A DNA stretch of 64,000 nt. It comes from an uncultured Ignavibacteriaceae bacterium (GTDB lineage Bacteria > Zixibacteria > MSB-5A5 > GN15 > PGXB01). The position numbers and the translations under genes were made by a program. Position 1 is the stretch's first letter; each line of letters begins with the position of its first letter. Where the stretch lies: assembly GCA_964459465.1 (NCBI GenBank), contig CAYWLR010000001.1, forward strand, positions 35,866 to 99,865. The letters run 5' to 3'. Shown piece by piece: positions 52,824 through 62,150 of the stretch. The notes below the pieces were generated by a model that ran no database searches, was not told the DNA's origin, and saw nothing but the letters and a program-made list of their open reading frames with translations.

Positions 52824-52856
52824 GAAGGGTCGGTGGACGTGGCATCGACCCTTTTT
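52824..52856 (+). terminator. Intrinsic terminator after the DsrMK-like pair
   Basis: AAGGGTCG ... CGACCCTT stem running directly into TTTTTT. Confidence 0.75.
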
Positions 52857-52905
52857 TATTGTATTTATCGCTGGCAAAATAGCCTTATAAGCCTTAATAT
52901 ATGCC

Positions 52906-53742
52906 ATGCTCTGCTACTTTGTTTCTGACATACACGGTTCGACGGCCCGGTATAACAAGCTGTTTGCCGAAATCGAAAGAGAAAGGCCGCAGGCCGTTTT
53001 CTTCGGGGGCGACTTATTGCCCCACCGATATATATCACGAAATGTCGGCCAGGATTTCCTTAAAGATTTTCTCTTGGGCGAGTTCCGGAAATCAAAGGCG
53101 AACATGGGCGACAAATACCCCCGCGTCTTTCTCATCATGGGCAATGACGACGTCCGTCAGGCCGAAGCGGTATTCATTGACGCCCAAGAAGAGGGACTCT
53201 GGGAATATCTTCATCTCAGGAAATCGGCCCTCGATAAGCACGCCGTTTACGGGTATACCAATGTCACGCCGACCCCGTTTCGGCTTAAGGATTGGGAGCG
53301 TTATGACATTGATTTTACGCTTCGGGATGGCTCACTGGCCCCGGAAACGGGAGTTCATACCACTCTGGTGAACATCGATGAAATAAAAACACGAACCATA
53401 GCCGATGATTTGCATGATTTGACCGACGATGATGATTTGAGTCAGGCCATTCTGATGATTCACACCCCGCCTTATAAGACTAATCTTGACCGTCTCGGCT
53501 GGCCGGGTATTCCGGAAGAAAACAGGCACGTCGGAAGTGTCGCCTTACGACGGCTCATTGAAAAACGTCAGCCGCTGATTGTGCTATGCGGACATATTCA
53601 TGAATCGCCGGCGGTAACGGGGTCTTGGAAAGATAAAATAGGCGGCACATTGTGCCTTTCCGCCGCCCATGATGGCCCCGAGCTGGCACTGGTTAGATTT
53701 GACCCGACCGACCCGGACTCGGCTGTCCGCAAATTACTATAA
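52906..53742 (+). CDS. Calcineurin-like metallophosphoesterase
   Basis: Motifs SDIHG, GGDLLP, MGNDD, HTPP and CGHIHE. Confidence 0.85.
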   Translation: MLCYFVSDIHGSTARYNKLFAEIERERPQAVFFGGDLLPHRYISRNVGQDFLKDFLLGEFRKSKANMGDKYPRVFLIMGNDDVRQAEAVFIDAQEEGLWEYLHLRKSALDKHAVYGYTNVTPTPFRLKDWERYDIDFTLRDGSLAPETGVHTTLVNIDEIKTRTIADDLHDLTDDDDLSQAILMIHTPPYKTNLDRLGWPGIPEENRHVGSVALRRLIEKRQPLIVLCGHIHESPAVTGSWKDKIGGTLCLSAAHDGPELALVRFDPTDPDSAVRKLL

Positions 53743-53923
53743 TATTGTCATTGATATTCGGATTTTCTGATAATTTCTATATTCTGCGGTTCGATGGGGT
53801 CTTTTCTTCTTTTTCCCCGAACTTTTTGCTTTTTAAACGATTTTATGATATGTTAAAATTGAGTATGTATGCGAAATTCATAGTTTGGGAAAATAACCGC
53901 CATTTATAAATACCGGGTTTTTT

Positions 53924-55600
53924 ATGAAAAATAAACTGCGCTTTGATATAGCCGAAAAGCCCATAACCTATGCCGGCTTATACGAAGAATTCGTCTTCGA
54001 TGACGACCGTCTGATCGAGTTCAATCACCGCCATCGCGACGCTCTGGCCAATTATAACCTGACCCTTGATGCCTGTACGATTATAACCATGAGCCGCGAT
54101 ATCAATAAAAAATCCAACTTAGGTGCCTTAAGGAATAGGAAGTTGCGCCAATCGGTCATTTTGGCGGCGGGATTGTCGGCCATCGCCGTGGGGCTTAACG
54201 GTCGTGGCAGTCTTAATAAAATCCCCAAAGATAAACAGACCAAAGACCTGATTAATCAACTTAAGCGGGTTAACGACCGAAACGCCGCCCAGGTTATGTC
54301 GGAAGTTTTGCAGTCGACAACGGAAAAGCTCCCGGTCGGAGAAGAAGCGCTGATTGAATCAACCATAACCGAGGGGGCTCGTCCCAAACCGGGCAAGGAA
54401 CCGGGTGGTAATCCGACCATCGCCGTCGGGGCGGTATTCGGTAAGGAAGACCACCAGGCCCAGTATGGCCTGACCATGCCAACCAATGTTTCATTGTTGT
54501 CGATGGGTAGCGATGTTGTCGAAGGGACGACTAAATCGGTTATGGGAATACACTCGTCCATGACGGCCCTTTTTGTCACCGAATCTGGTGTCAAGCGGCA
54601 TTTGCCGGATATATATGTCCAGCGCTGGGCCAGCGGCGCCTGGTTCGGCGATTTTAATCCCCGCGAAGTTGATGTTCTGGAGGCGGCGAATATTATCGCG
54701 AAATCCTACGGACTGAACAATCCCAAAAAACTAAGCGCCTTTTTCCTCGACCGTAACCGGCATTATCCGGCGATGGATCGTCTGAATAAGGCCGGGATTT
54801 CGACGCCGTATGACCAGGACGGCGATCTGTTGCCGCTATTTTTATGCGGTCTGTGCGGCATCGTCTTTCCGGATGGACGCAATTTGAATTCCATGATTGG
54901 TGAAATAGGCGGCTCGGCCGAATGGGCCATCGGAGTTCTGCCGCTCGTATGGCGCGGCGGACAGGCCATCGGGATGCTCACCAGCCAGTCCAGTTTGACC
55001 AACAAAAACCTCACAGCCGAAGAAAAATGGAAGGAGCGCTTTCATTTCACCGAGGAAGAATTCATCATGATTCAGGACGCCCGTTTCGAACGCAAGCCGT
55101 ACTTCACCATATCCGATATTGTTGAAAACCCGTTTGCCGGCGGCATCAGCGCCTTCGGAGCCATCACCGACAATTGCTTCATTCCGTTTATCAAAGGCGT
55201 CGAAGGTGATTTCGAAAATAACCGGGTAATCGTCAATGTTCTGGTCATCAATTCGCTGGGGATGGTGGAATGCTGGCGGCTGGTTTTCAAAGCCAATCAG
55301 GGCCTTATCCATTCTATTAGCCTGATGACTTCGCCCAAAGAACGACTTCGGGGTAAGACGGGCAAGGAACTGGAAAAAACCATTGCCAAAATGCTGGCGG
55401 ACCCGCATGAGCGGCAACGCTTCCGTATATTTTTCAACAACGAATATTATCCGGCTATCATTCCTGTCCGCGACAAAATGGTCCTGCTGCATAAGGCCGT
55501 GCACGGTTTGATTAAACGCAAGGCTCTTATGGAATACAATCAGGGTATAATTGACGCCACCGAAAAACTCGCCCATGAATGGTTTATAAATTCGGATTGA
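53924..55600 (+). CDS. Divergent, enlarged GlpX-like (class II fructose-1,6-bisphosphatase fold) protein; function uncertain
   Basis: GSDVVEGTTKSVMG..SSMTALFV resembles the GlpX motif DPIEGT..TAMG. RNRHYPAMDRLNKAGIS....DGDL resembles KPRH....I...G......DGDV. IGEIGGSAEWAIG resembles GIGGAPEG. The protein is about 1.7 times the usual GlpX length. Confidence 0.45.
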   Translation: MKNKLRFDIAEKPITYAGLYEEFVFDDDRLIEFNHRHRDALANYNLTLDACTIITMSRDINKKSNLGALRNRKLRQSVILAAGLSAIAVGLNGRGSLNKIPKDKQTKDLINQLKRVNDRNAAQVMSEVLQSTTEKLPVGEEALIESTITEGARPKPGKEPGGNPTIAVGAVFGKEDHQAQYGLTMPTNVSLLSMGSDVVEGTTKSVMGIHSSMTALFVTESGVKRHLPDIYVQRWASGAWFGDFNPREVDVLEAANIIAKSYGLNNPKKLSAFFLDRNRHYPAMDRLNKAGISTPYDQDGDLLPLFLCGLCGIVFPDGRNLNSMIGEIGGSAEWAIGVLPLVWRGGQAIGMLTSQSSLTNKNLTAEEKWKERFHFTEEEFIMIQDARFERKPYFTISDIVENPFAGGISAFGAITDNCFIPFIKGVEGDFENNRVIVNVLVINSLGMVECWRLVFKANQGLIHSISLMTSPKERLRGKTGKELEKTIAKMLADPHERQRFRIFFNNEYYPAIIPVRDKMVLLHKAVHGLIKRKALMEYNQGIIDATEKLAHEWFINSD

Positions 55601-55650
55601 CCCGGCATTTATCTTGAGAGCGGACTGCAACCGTATTATATTACCTCATC

Positions 55651-57519
55651 ATGGGTAATATTTTGGCCAGAACAAACGATGCAAATCGCAAGCCGATTCT
55701 CGCGGCCCTGCTGGCCTTGGCAATTGTATTATTCGGACTACTGTCTTATCATTTTCAATTCGTTCAGGATGACGCCTATATCTCGTTTCGTTACGCAGAA
55801 AATTTAATAAATGGCCACGGGCTGGTTTTCAATGTGGGCGAACGGGTGGAGGGATATACCAATTTTCTCTGGATTATCGGACTGGTTGTATTTAAGAAAT
55901 TAGTCAATTCTAACTATATCCTGACCGCCCGCATTTTCGGATTTGTTTCCGGGGCAGCACTTTTCCTCATCACCATGTTTCTGATTTATCGGCATGACAA
56001 TGACAAAGCCGTCGTTCATACGATTTATGCCTTTATACTGCTGTTGGCCTGCGCCGCTATACCTTACTGGTCGGTATCGGGACTGGAGACGGCCGCCTTT
56101 GCGTTCATGGCACTGGCGGCCATGACGGCCGAGCTGTTTAAGCCGAGATTGACGGCGGTCATGATTGTTGTGGCAACCCTGCTTCGCCCCGATGGGATTG
56201 TTATCTTTGTGGTAATTCTCTTGCACCGCCTGCTATCCGACCGGCAAAATGCCCTGAATCTGATAATGGTTTATGTCATTCTATTATTGCCCTTTGCCAT
56301 ATTCAAAGTGCTGTATTACGGGTCACTTCTGCCAAATACATTTTATGCCAAAAGTGGTCTCGGTTGGCCTTATGTCGAAGCAGGCTGGAATTATGCCATG
56401 TACTTTTTTAAAACCGTCGGGGTCTATGGTTCAATATTGATTCCAGTAGCTCTGGCCATACCCGCCTTGTGGCGCATATATCGTCCGTTGTATCTGTTCA
56501 TAATTATTTACAGCCTGTATATCGTGTTGGTCGGCGGCGACGTTCTTAAAGTGTATCGTTTCTTTGTTCCGGTCATCCCGGTTTTGTTTTTACTCTTTAT
56601 CATTTCGCTGGATTTTGCCCTTGAGAAAGTTATTGACAGATTTGATATGAAAATACGAAGGAAAAGTCTTATCCTGACGCCTTTGGTTTTGATTTTTGCT
56701 ACGGCTTCGTATCTGCTGGCCGGGAATCACGTCAATACTTTTCTGGCCAATGAACGCGCTTTCACATCCAAGATGCACTTCGCGGCCGATATGATAAAGC
56801 GCTATATGGGTCCGTCATTTTCGATCGCCGCCAGTACTATCGGTGTCCTCGGATATGAACTGCCGGGTCACCGGCTGATCGATATGGTGGGCTTAACCGA
56901 TTCATATATCGCCCGCCACGGAGAGTATATCCCCGGACTGGAATCGACGTGGAAAGAGAGGCGTTATAATTCGCGTTATGTTCTGGAGCAGCAACCCGAT
57001 GTCATTATATTCTCGACCAACGATAAACCGTCGGCCCCGGCCGAGAGGGCGTTATTTTTGCATTCCGAATTCCGAAAAAATTATGTAGTCAGCGGTTTTC
57101 ACCGTAACCAGGGCCAGCGCTGGACCAATTTTTTTATGAAGAATGATGACTATGATGCCGATCGGGATAATCTGCTTTCCGAGGCCGGATTCGTGAATAT
57201 ATTACATGATGCATTGACGAAGCTATCTGAAGGGAACCACGAAACGGCCCTGGAACTCTTCGCCGAGGCCGCCGCGAAACTCCCGCCCGATGAATACGCG
57301 TTCCTGCATTATTACCGGGGCGAATGTTTATACCGTATGGAGCAATCCGGCCCGGCCCGACAGTTTTTCGAAAGCGCCTTGGCGGCATATCCTGATGATT
57401 GCCGCCCCCGCTGGCGGTTGGGACAGCTGGCCGCCCGCGAAGGTGATACCGCCACGGTCAATCGCCTTACCGGTGAAATTAAAAAACTTCAACCCTGGCT
57501 GCTTGATTTCAGCCGATAA
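55651..57519 (+). CDS. GT-C-fold integral membrane glycosyltransferase-like protein with C-terminal TPR region
   Basis: N-terminal QDDAYISFRYAENL..G.G.VFN.GERVEGYTNFLW motif, about 12 TM helices, a soluble domain and a TPR-like tail (YYRGECLYRMEQSGPARQFFESALAAYPDD). Confidence 0.7.
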   Translation: MGNILARTNDANRKPILAALLALAIVLFGLLSYHFQFVQDDAYISFRYAENLINGHGLVFNVGERVEGYTNFLWIIGLVVFKKLVNSNYILTARIFGFVSGAALFLITMFLIYRHDNDKAVVHTIYAFILLLACAAIPYWSVSGLETAAFAFMALAAMTAELFKPRLTAVMIVVATLLRPDGIVIFVVILLHRLLSDRQNALNLIMVYVILLLPFAIFKVLYYGSLLPNTFYAKSGLGWPYVEAGWNYAMYFFKTVGVYGSILIPVALAIPALWRIYRPLYLFIIIYSLYIVLVGGDVLKVYRFFVPVIPVLFLLFIISLDFALEKVIDRFDMKIRRKSLILTPLVLIFATASYLLAGNHVNTFLANERAFTSKMHFAADMIKRYMGPSFSIAASTIGVLGYELPGHRLIDMVGLTDSYIARHGEYIPGLESTWKERRYNSRYVLEQQPDVIIFSTNDKPSAPAERALFLHSEFRKNYVVSGFHRNQGQRWTNFFMKNDDYDADRDNLLSEAGFVNILHDALTKLSEGNHETALELFAEAAAKLPPDEYAFLHYYRGECLYRMEQSGPARQFFESALAAYPDDCRPRWRLGQLAAREGDTATVNRLTGEIKKLQPWLLDFSR

Positions 57520-57534
57520 GCACAGGCAAGTCTG

Positions 57535-58077
57535 ATGGCCTACGGCAAAGAAAATATATTCCAATACCGCCTTAAAACGATTATAGCCGTCATGACAGCC
57601 GTGATCATCGCCGGGATTGCCATGGGCATTGTCTGGAGAAATATCGATGTCGGTCGCATGAAAAATCTCGATTATCGTATTTACTCCCAATACATACTGC
57701 ACCGAACCGAATCTGACCCGGCCGTTTTACTAACCGCAGTGACGGAGCAATTGAAAAAGAATGAGATATTTGTAATCGATCGATGTCAGACCTCCCAAAC
57801 ACAGTGGGAGATACTCGGACACCCCGGACGAATATGGCTGACCTCGGAATTTATCAGCAAAGTAACCGTGGTCGATACCGTGGCCATCGTTGAGGGCAGC
57901 GGACAGGGCCCGCAACGGATTCTCGTGGCTTATCTGGGATCGATAGAAACGGGGTCGAAAGAATATATGTTTTTATTCTTCCTGGCCGTTGCGGCCACAC
58001 TGGCGGTGCTTGTCCGCAAAGAAGCCATCCCTCATATTTATGGCGGCAATCCAAAGCATGAGGATAATCGTCGATGA
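57535..58077 (+). CDS. Small membrane protein of unknown function
   Basis: N-terminal TM (IIAVMTAVIIAGIAMGIVW) and C-terminal TM (MFLFFLAVAATLAVLV). Its stop overlaps the next start (ATGA). Confidence 0.55.
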   Translation: MAYGKENIFQYRLKTIIAVMTAVIIAGIAMGIVWRNIDVGRMKNLDYRIYSQYILHRTESDPAVLLTAVTEQLKKNEIFVIDRCQTSQTQWEILGHPGRIWLTSEFISKVTVVDTVAIVEGSGQGPQRILVAYLGSIETGSKEYMFLFFLAVAATLAVLVRKEAIPHIYGGNPKHEDNRR

Positions 58078-59426
58078 CCAGCCGTTTAAAGCGGATATTC
58101 GCCCTTGGGCGTTATGAATCATTTATTTTTATTCTGGCGGTAGCCCTTCGGTTGGCCTTTATGCTGATTATGATTGGCGATATCGGAAGCGACCACCTGA
58201 TAGATAAGTACCCCGATCCGATCAAATACGTCCGGGCCGGAGATTATATCTTCGGCGGCGATGACGCCGGCAAAATTGATTTGTATCTCGTCGGTCCGGG
58301 CTATCCGATATTGCTGGGATTATGCAAAAACCTGATTGGCCCAATCTACTGGCCGGTGATTTTATTTCAAATAATTTTAAGCGGCCTGACCTGCGTTCTT
58401 ATATTTCGGCTGTCCAAATTGCTGCTCGAAAATGAATACATCTCCGTTGGCGCGGGACTTTTATCGGCGCTGTCATTAACATCCATAACGCTGGCCAATG
58501 CCGTGACCTCCGAAACATTATTCGTATTTCTTGCGACTATAACTCTTTATCTATATTTCAAAAGCCTGATGTCTGTGCGGTGGGCGCTGGCTGTTGGGGC
58601 CGGCATAGCCGGTGGCCTGGCCGTTCTCACCCGATCCGTGTTCATGTTCTACCCGCTTATGCTTTTTGTCTTTGCCCTGCTATTTCCAGTTATTAACGGG
58701 ATAGTTACGAGAAAAAGAATGATTCTCAACACCGTTGTCTGTTGTCTGATAATCGTCCTGATTTCCATCGGTTGGGGGTTGAGAAATTACCGGGCGCACG
58801 AGACTTTTACAATTTCCGCCACCGGCCTTCTGGCCGCCAAGACATACCTCACGGCCAAAGTTTTGATCGAGGGCGAACAACAGAAACCGGAACGAATGGT
58901 GGTGATAAGAGACTCGGTATTCCAGTCGGCTTTGCATGATTTCGAAGCCGGCCATTACCGGGATAACCGGGATGAAAGCATTGATTTTATATATTCAACC
59001 TTTAAACGGTTTCCGGATTTGTTCATAAAGCAATACTTGCGAATCGTGATGTACAATGTTACGGCGGTCTCCAGTCTGCAAAACGTGTTACTTCCATCAT
59101 GGAAAGGCCTTTTCGAAACCCTCGATAATTATTTGCACCGGGGTTATGATAATCCCGCCTATTTTATGCTGTCGTTGGTTGGTTTTGCGATTTTATGGCG
59201 CAAAAGCCGCAGGATTGCCGTTATTTTATTATTAAACGTCCTTTATTATGCCTTTTTGTCGGGTGTTACTTTCGGTCAGGGCTCAAGAATTTTCTATCCT
59301 GCCACAGTGACTCAAAGCATACTGATAGTTGCGGGAATTATTTTTCTGTTTGACCTGCTGCGTGCTTTAAAAACGCAATTCTTTATCGTCCCAAGAGTAA
59401 TCCCTAAATCACGCTCAAAGTCTTAA
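58074..59426 (+). CDS. GT-C-fold membrane glycosyltransferase-like protein (ArnT/PMT-like)
   Basis: Polytopic membrane protein with the typical GT39/83-like N-terminal loop (..DPIKYVRAGDYIFGG..LYLVGPGYPILLG). Confidence 0.65.
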   Translation: MTSRLKRIFALGRYESFIFILAVALRLAFMLIMIGDIGSDHLIDKYPDPIKYVRAGDYIFGGDDAGKIDLYLVGPGYPILLGLCKNLIGPIYWPVILFQIILSGLTCVLIFRLSKLLLENEYISVGAGLLSALSLTSITLANAVTSETLFVFLATITLYLYFKSLMSVRWALAVGAGIAGGLAVLTRSVFMFYPLMLFVFALLFPVINGIVTRKRMILNTVVCCLIIVLISIGWGLRNYRAHETFTISATGLLAAKTYLTAKVLIEGEQQKPERMVVIRDSVFQSALHDFEAGHYRDNRDESIDFIYSTFKRFPDLFIKQYLRIVMYNVTAVSSLQNVLLPSWKGLFETLDNYLHRGYDNPAYFMLSLVGFAILWRKSRRIAVILLLNVLYYAFLSGVTFGQGSRIFYPATVTQSILIVAGIIFLFDLLRALKTQFFIVPRVIPKSRSKS

Positions 59427-59555
59427 CGTGAAGATAAACAAATTTTGCAACTTAGCATTTTAAATTAAGTAATATATTATAATTAGGGTTCCGACAGAAT
59501 TGTATTTGGATGGAGAACTGCAATCGGCGTCTATATAAATGAAAGAAAAATCGTT

Positions 59556-60818
59556 ATGAAAAAAATCATCATAATTGGTGCGATTATTATTGTCATTTTT
59601 GGTGGATATTTCGGGGTCAATGCCTTTTTCACCGTTTCGCAGACAATTCCGACCGCCCTTGTCAGCAAGGGCCGGTTTGTCATTCCTTTGGTTGCCAACG
59701 GCAGCGTTGATGCCAAACGAGCCTTCACCATAACTGCGCCGCGCATGCGCGGTCTGCAGATAACTTGGCTGGCCCCCGAAGGTTCCATGGTCTCGCAGGG
59801 CGATACCGTCATCCGGTTCGACGCCACCCAGCAGCTGTCGGATTTGGCCGAACATGAATCTTCCCTGAAAATAGCCCAGCAGACCCTGGAACGGGCGAAG
59901 AAGGAATATGATATACAGGAAAAACAGCTCAATCTTGATTTGAAAAGAGCCCAGCGCAATTATGATGAGAAAAAGCATGAGGCCCCCAAGCTGGCCGAAG
60001 AAGCCCGCATCGAACTGGAACTGGCCGAGCTTAACATCAAGGCCAAACTGGAGCAATATCAGGCCGACGTTTCCAAGTCTGAGCTGGAAGTCCAGAGAGC
60101 CAAAGACAAGGTCGAGATGGCCCGCAAAGAATATGAACAGACAATTGTCAAAGCGCCACTGCCCGGGATGATCGTTTACCTGGAAATATGGAAAGGCAGT
60201 TCGATGGACAAGGTCCAGGAAGGCGACTCGCCCTGGCCCGGACAGGGACTGATAAAAATACCCGACCTGTCCGATATGGTTGTGGATGCAACCGTGTCCG
60301 AAGTTGATGCCAGCAAGGTCGATTCGGGGCAGGCTGTCATCGTTACTCTTGACGCGCATCCCGAAAAAGAATACCGCGGGACCGTCACCAGTAAAAGCAC
60401 TCTGGCCCGACGTAAGGAATCCGGATCCAAAATCAACGTCTTCGACGTTGTCGTGGCGATCAATAACCATGACGAAAATGTCAAGCCCGGCATGTCGGCG
60501 TCGTGCAAAATAATAATCGATGAAATCCCCGATGTCGTCTATGCGCCATTGGAATCGGTTTTTGAAAAGGACGGCGAAGTGGTTGTTTTTCTGGAAAGCA
60601 AAAAGAAAGTCCCGGTCGAAGTCGGCCGTCGCAATGATATGTCCATTGAAATAGTCTCCGGACTGGAAGGCGGAGAAAAGGTCTGCCTGGTTGACCCGAC
60701 TCTGGATGAGACAACTCTGCCCGGAGACAAAGCCTCAGAACCGGAATTGAATAAAGGCCGTCAATTGCCGCCATCCAACGGAGCTTCTTCCGGAGGCCGC
60801 CGAGGGGCTACTCGCTGA
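59556..60818 (+). CDS. Efflux periplasmic adaptor (HlyD/MacA-like membrane fusion protein)
   Basis: N-terminal TM, lipoyl-like halves, a long coiled-coil hairpin (LKIAQQTLERAKKEYDIQEKQLNLDLKRAQ...) and a beta-barrel domain. Confidence 0.85.
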   Translation: MKKIIIIGAIIIVIFGGYFGVNAFFTVSQTIPTALVSKGRFVIPLVANGSVDAKRAFTITAPRMRGLQITWLAPEGSMVSQGDTVIRFDATQQLSDLAEHESSLKIAQQTLERAKKEYDIQEKQLNLDLKRAQRNYDEKKHEAPKLAEEARIELELAELNIKAKLEQYQADVSKSELEVQRAKDKVEMARKEYEQTIVKAPLPGMIVYLEIWKGSSMDKVQEGDSPWPGQGLIKIPDLSDMVVDATVSEVDASKVDSGQAVIVTLDAHPEKEYRGTVTSKSTLARRKESGSKINVFDVVVAINNHDENVKPGMSASCKIIIDEIPDVVYAPLESVFEKDGEVVVFLESKKKVPVEVGRRNDMSIEIVSGLEGGEKVCLVDPTLDETTLPGDKASEPELNKGRQLPPSNGASSGGRRGATR

Positions 60819-62122
60819 TGAACGAATCCTTTTTATTCCGGGTATCTTTCGAAGCTTTGGGAGCTCATAAGCTGCGTACCCTTCTAACCATGCTGGGTGT
60901 CATCATCGGCGTGGCGGCGGTGGTGTCCATGCTGTCCATCGGCGAGGGGGCCAAACAGGAAGCTCTCGAGCAGATTTCGATTCTGGGTATCAATAATATT
61001 ATCGTCAATGCCAAAACGCCGGCGACCAGTGAAAATTCCAACATCTCTCTGCAGCGATCCCAAGGGCTAAGCCTGGCCGATGCCGAAAATATCGCTCGGT
61101 TTTCCGAATTGGTTGCGAACGTCGTCCCGCAAAGATATGAACCGATCTCGGCCGTGTCCTATTTCGGTCAAAGCGCCCCGGTCAGGGTCGTCGCCACAAC
61201 GCCCAATTTCATGCTCTCGTCATCGATTGACGTCGAAAACGGGCGTTTTATCAGCGATCGGGACATAGCTGATTTTTCACAGGTGTGCGTTCTCGGGGCC
61301 AAAGCCAAACGCGGCTTGTTTGCCTTCGACAATCCCATCGGCAAAAGCATCCGCATCGGCGAACTCGATTTTACCGTTATCGGAGTTATGACCGACAAGT
61401 ATATCGGCCGGGGCAAAGTCGAAGGACTGGAACTGAAAAATCTCAACGAGGACGTTTATATCCCGCTGACGACGGCGCAAAAAAAACTGCCCCGCGAAGT
61501 CCAGCAAAGTTTCGGCGGCACGGTCATTATAATCGGCGGCTCGTTTTCCGGAGAAGAAAAGGAATACAATACTCCGGAACTGGACCAGTTGACCATATCG
61601 GTATCGGACCTGGAACTCGTGCCGGCTGTTTCCCGGCTGGTGGAGCGTATTCTTCAAAGGCGTCACAACAACGTCGCTGATTTCGAAATTGTCGTTCCGG
61701 AGTCACTTTTGCGGCAGTCGCAAAAAACCCAGCAGATATTTAACATTGTCATGGGGGCCATCGCCGGCTTATCGCTTTTGGTAGGAGGTATCGGTATCAT
61801 GAATATCATGCTCGCCTCGGTTCTGGAACGAACCCGCGAAATCGGCGTCCGCCGCGCGGTCGGCGCCAAAAGGCTGGACATCATGCGTCAGTTCTTAATC
61901 GAAGCGGTGACTATTTGCATGATCGGCTGTACCATCGGTATTCTGCTGGGGCTGGTGATATCGAAGGGCATAAGTTTTTACGCCGGCTGGCCGACCATCG
62001 TCTCGATGTTTTCGATTTTCCTTGCCGTGACCGTCTCGACCGCAGTCGGGATCGTTTTCGGTATGCTACCGGCGCGCAAAGCCGCCCAGCTCGACGTGAT
62101 CGAATCGCTGCGTTATGAATAA
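60818..62122 (+). CDS. MacB-type ABC transporter permease (MacB periplasmic core + FtsX domain), no fused ATPase
   Basis: N-terminal ..LGAHKLRTLLTMLGVIIGVAAVVSM, a large periplasmic domain and a C-terminal FtsX-type 3-TM bundle (ERTREIGVRRAVGAKR). Confidence 0.85.
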   Translation: MNESFLFRVSFEALGAHKLRTLLTMLGVIIGVAAVVSMLSIGEGAKQEALEQISILGINNIIVNAKTPATSENSNISLQRSQGLSLADAENIARFSELVANVVPQRYEPISAVSYFGQSAPVRVVATTPNFMLSSSIDVENGRFISDRDIADFSQVCVLGAKAKRGLFAFDNPIGKSIRIGELDFTVIGVMTDKYIGRGKVEGLELKNLNEDVYIPLTTAQKKLPREVQQSFGGTVIIIGGSFSGEEKEYNTPELDQLTISVSDLELVPAVSRLVERILQRRHNNVADFEIVVPESLLRQSQKTQQIFNIVMGAIAGLSLLVGGIGIMNIMLASVLERTREIGVRRAVGAKRLDIMRQFLIEAVTICMIGCTIGILLGLVISKGISFYAGWPTIVSMFSIFLAVTVSTAVGIVFGMLPARKAAQLDVIESLRYE

Positions 62123-62150
62123 AACCGTAAATTGGATTATAGAGGTATTT

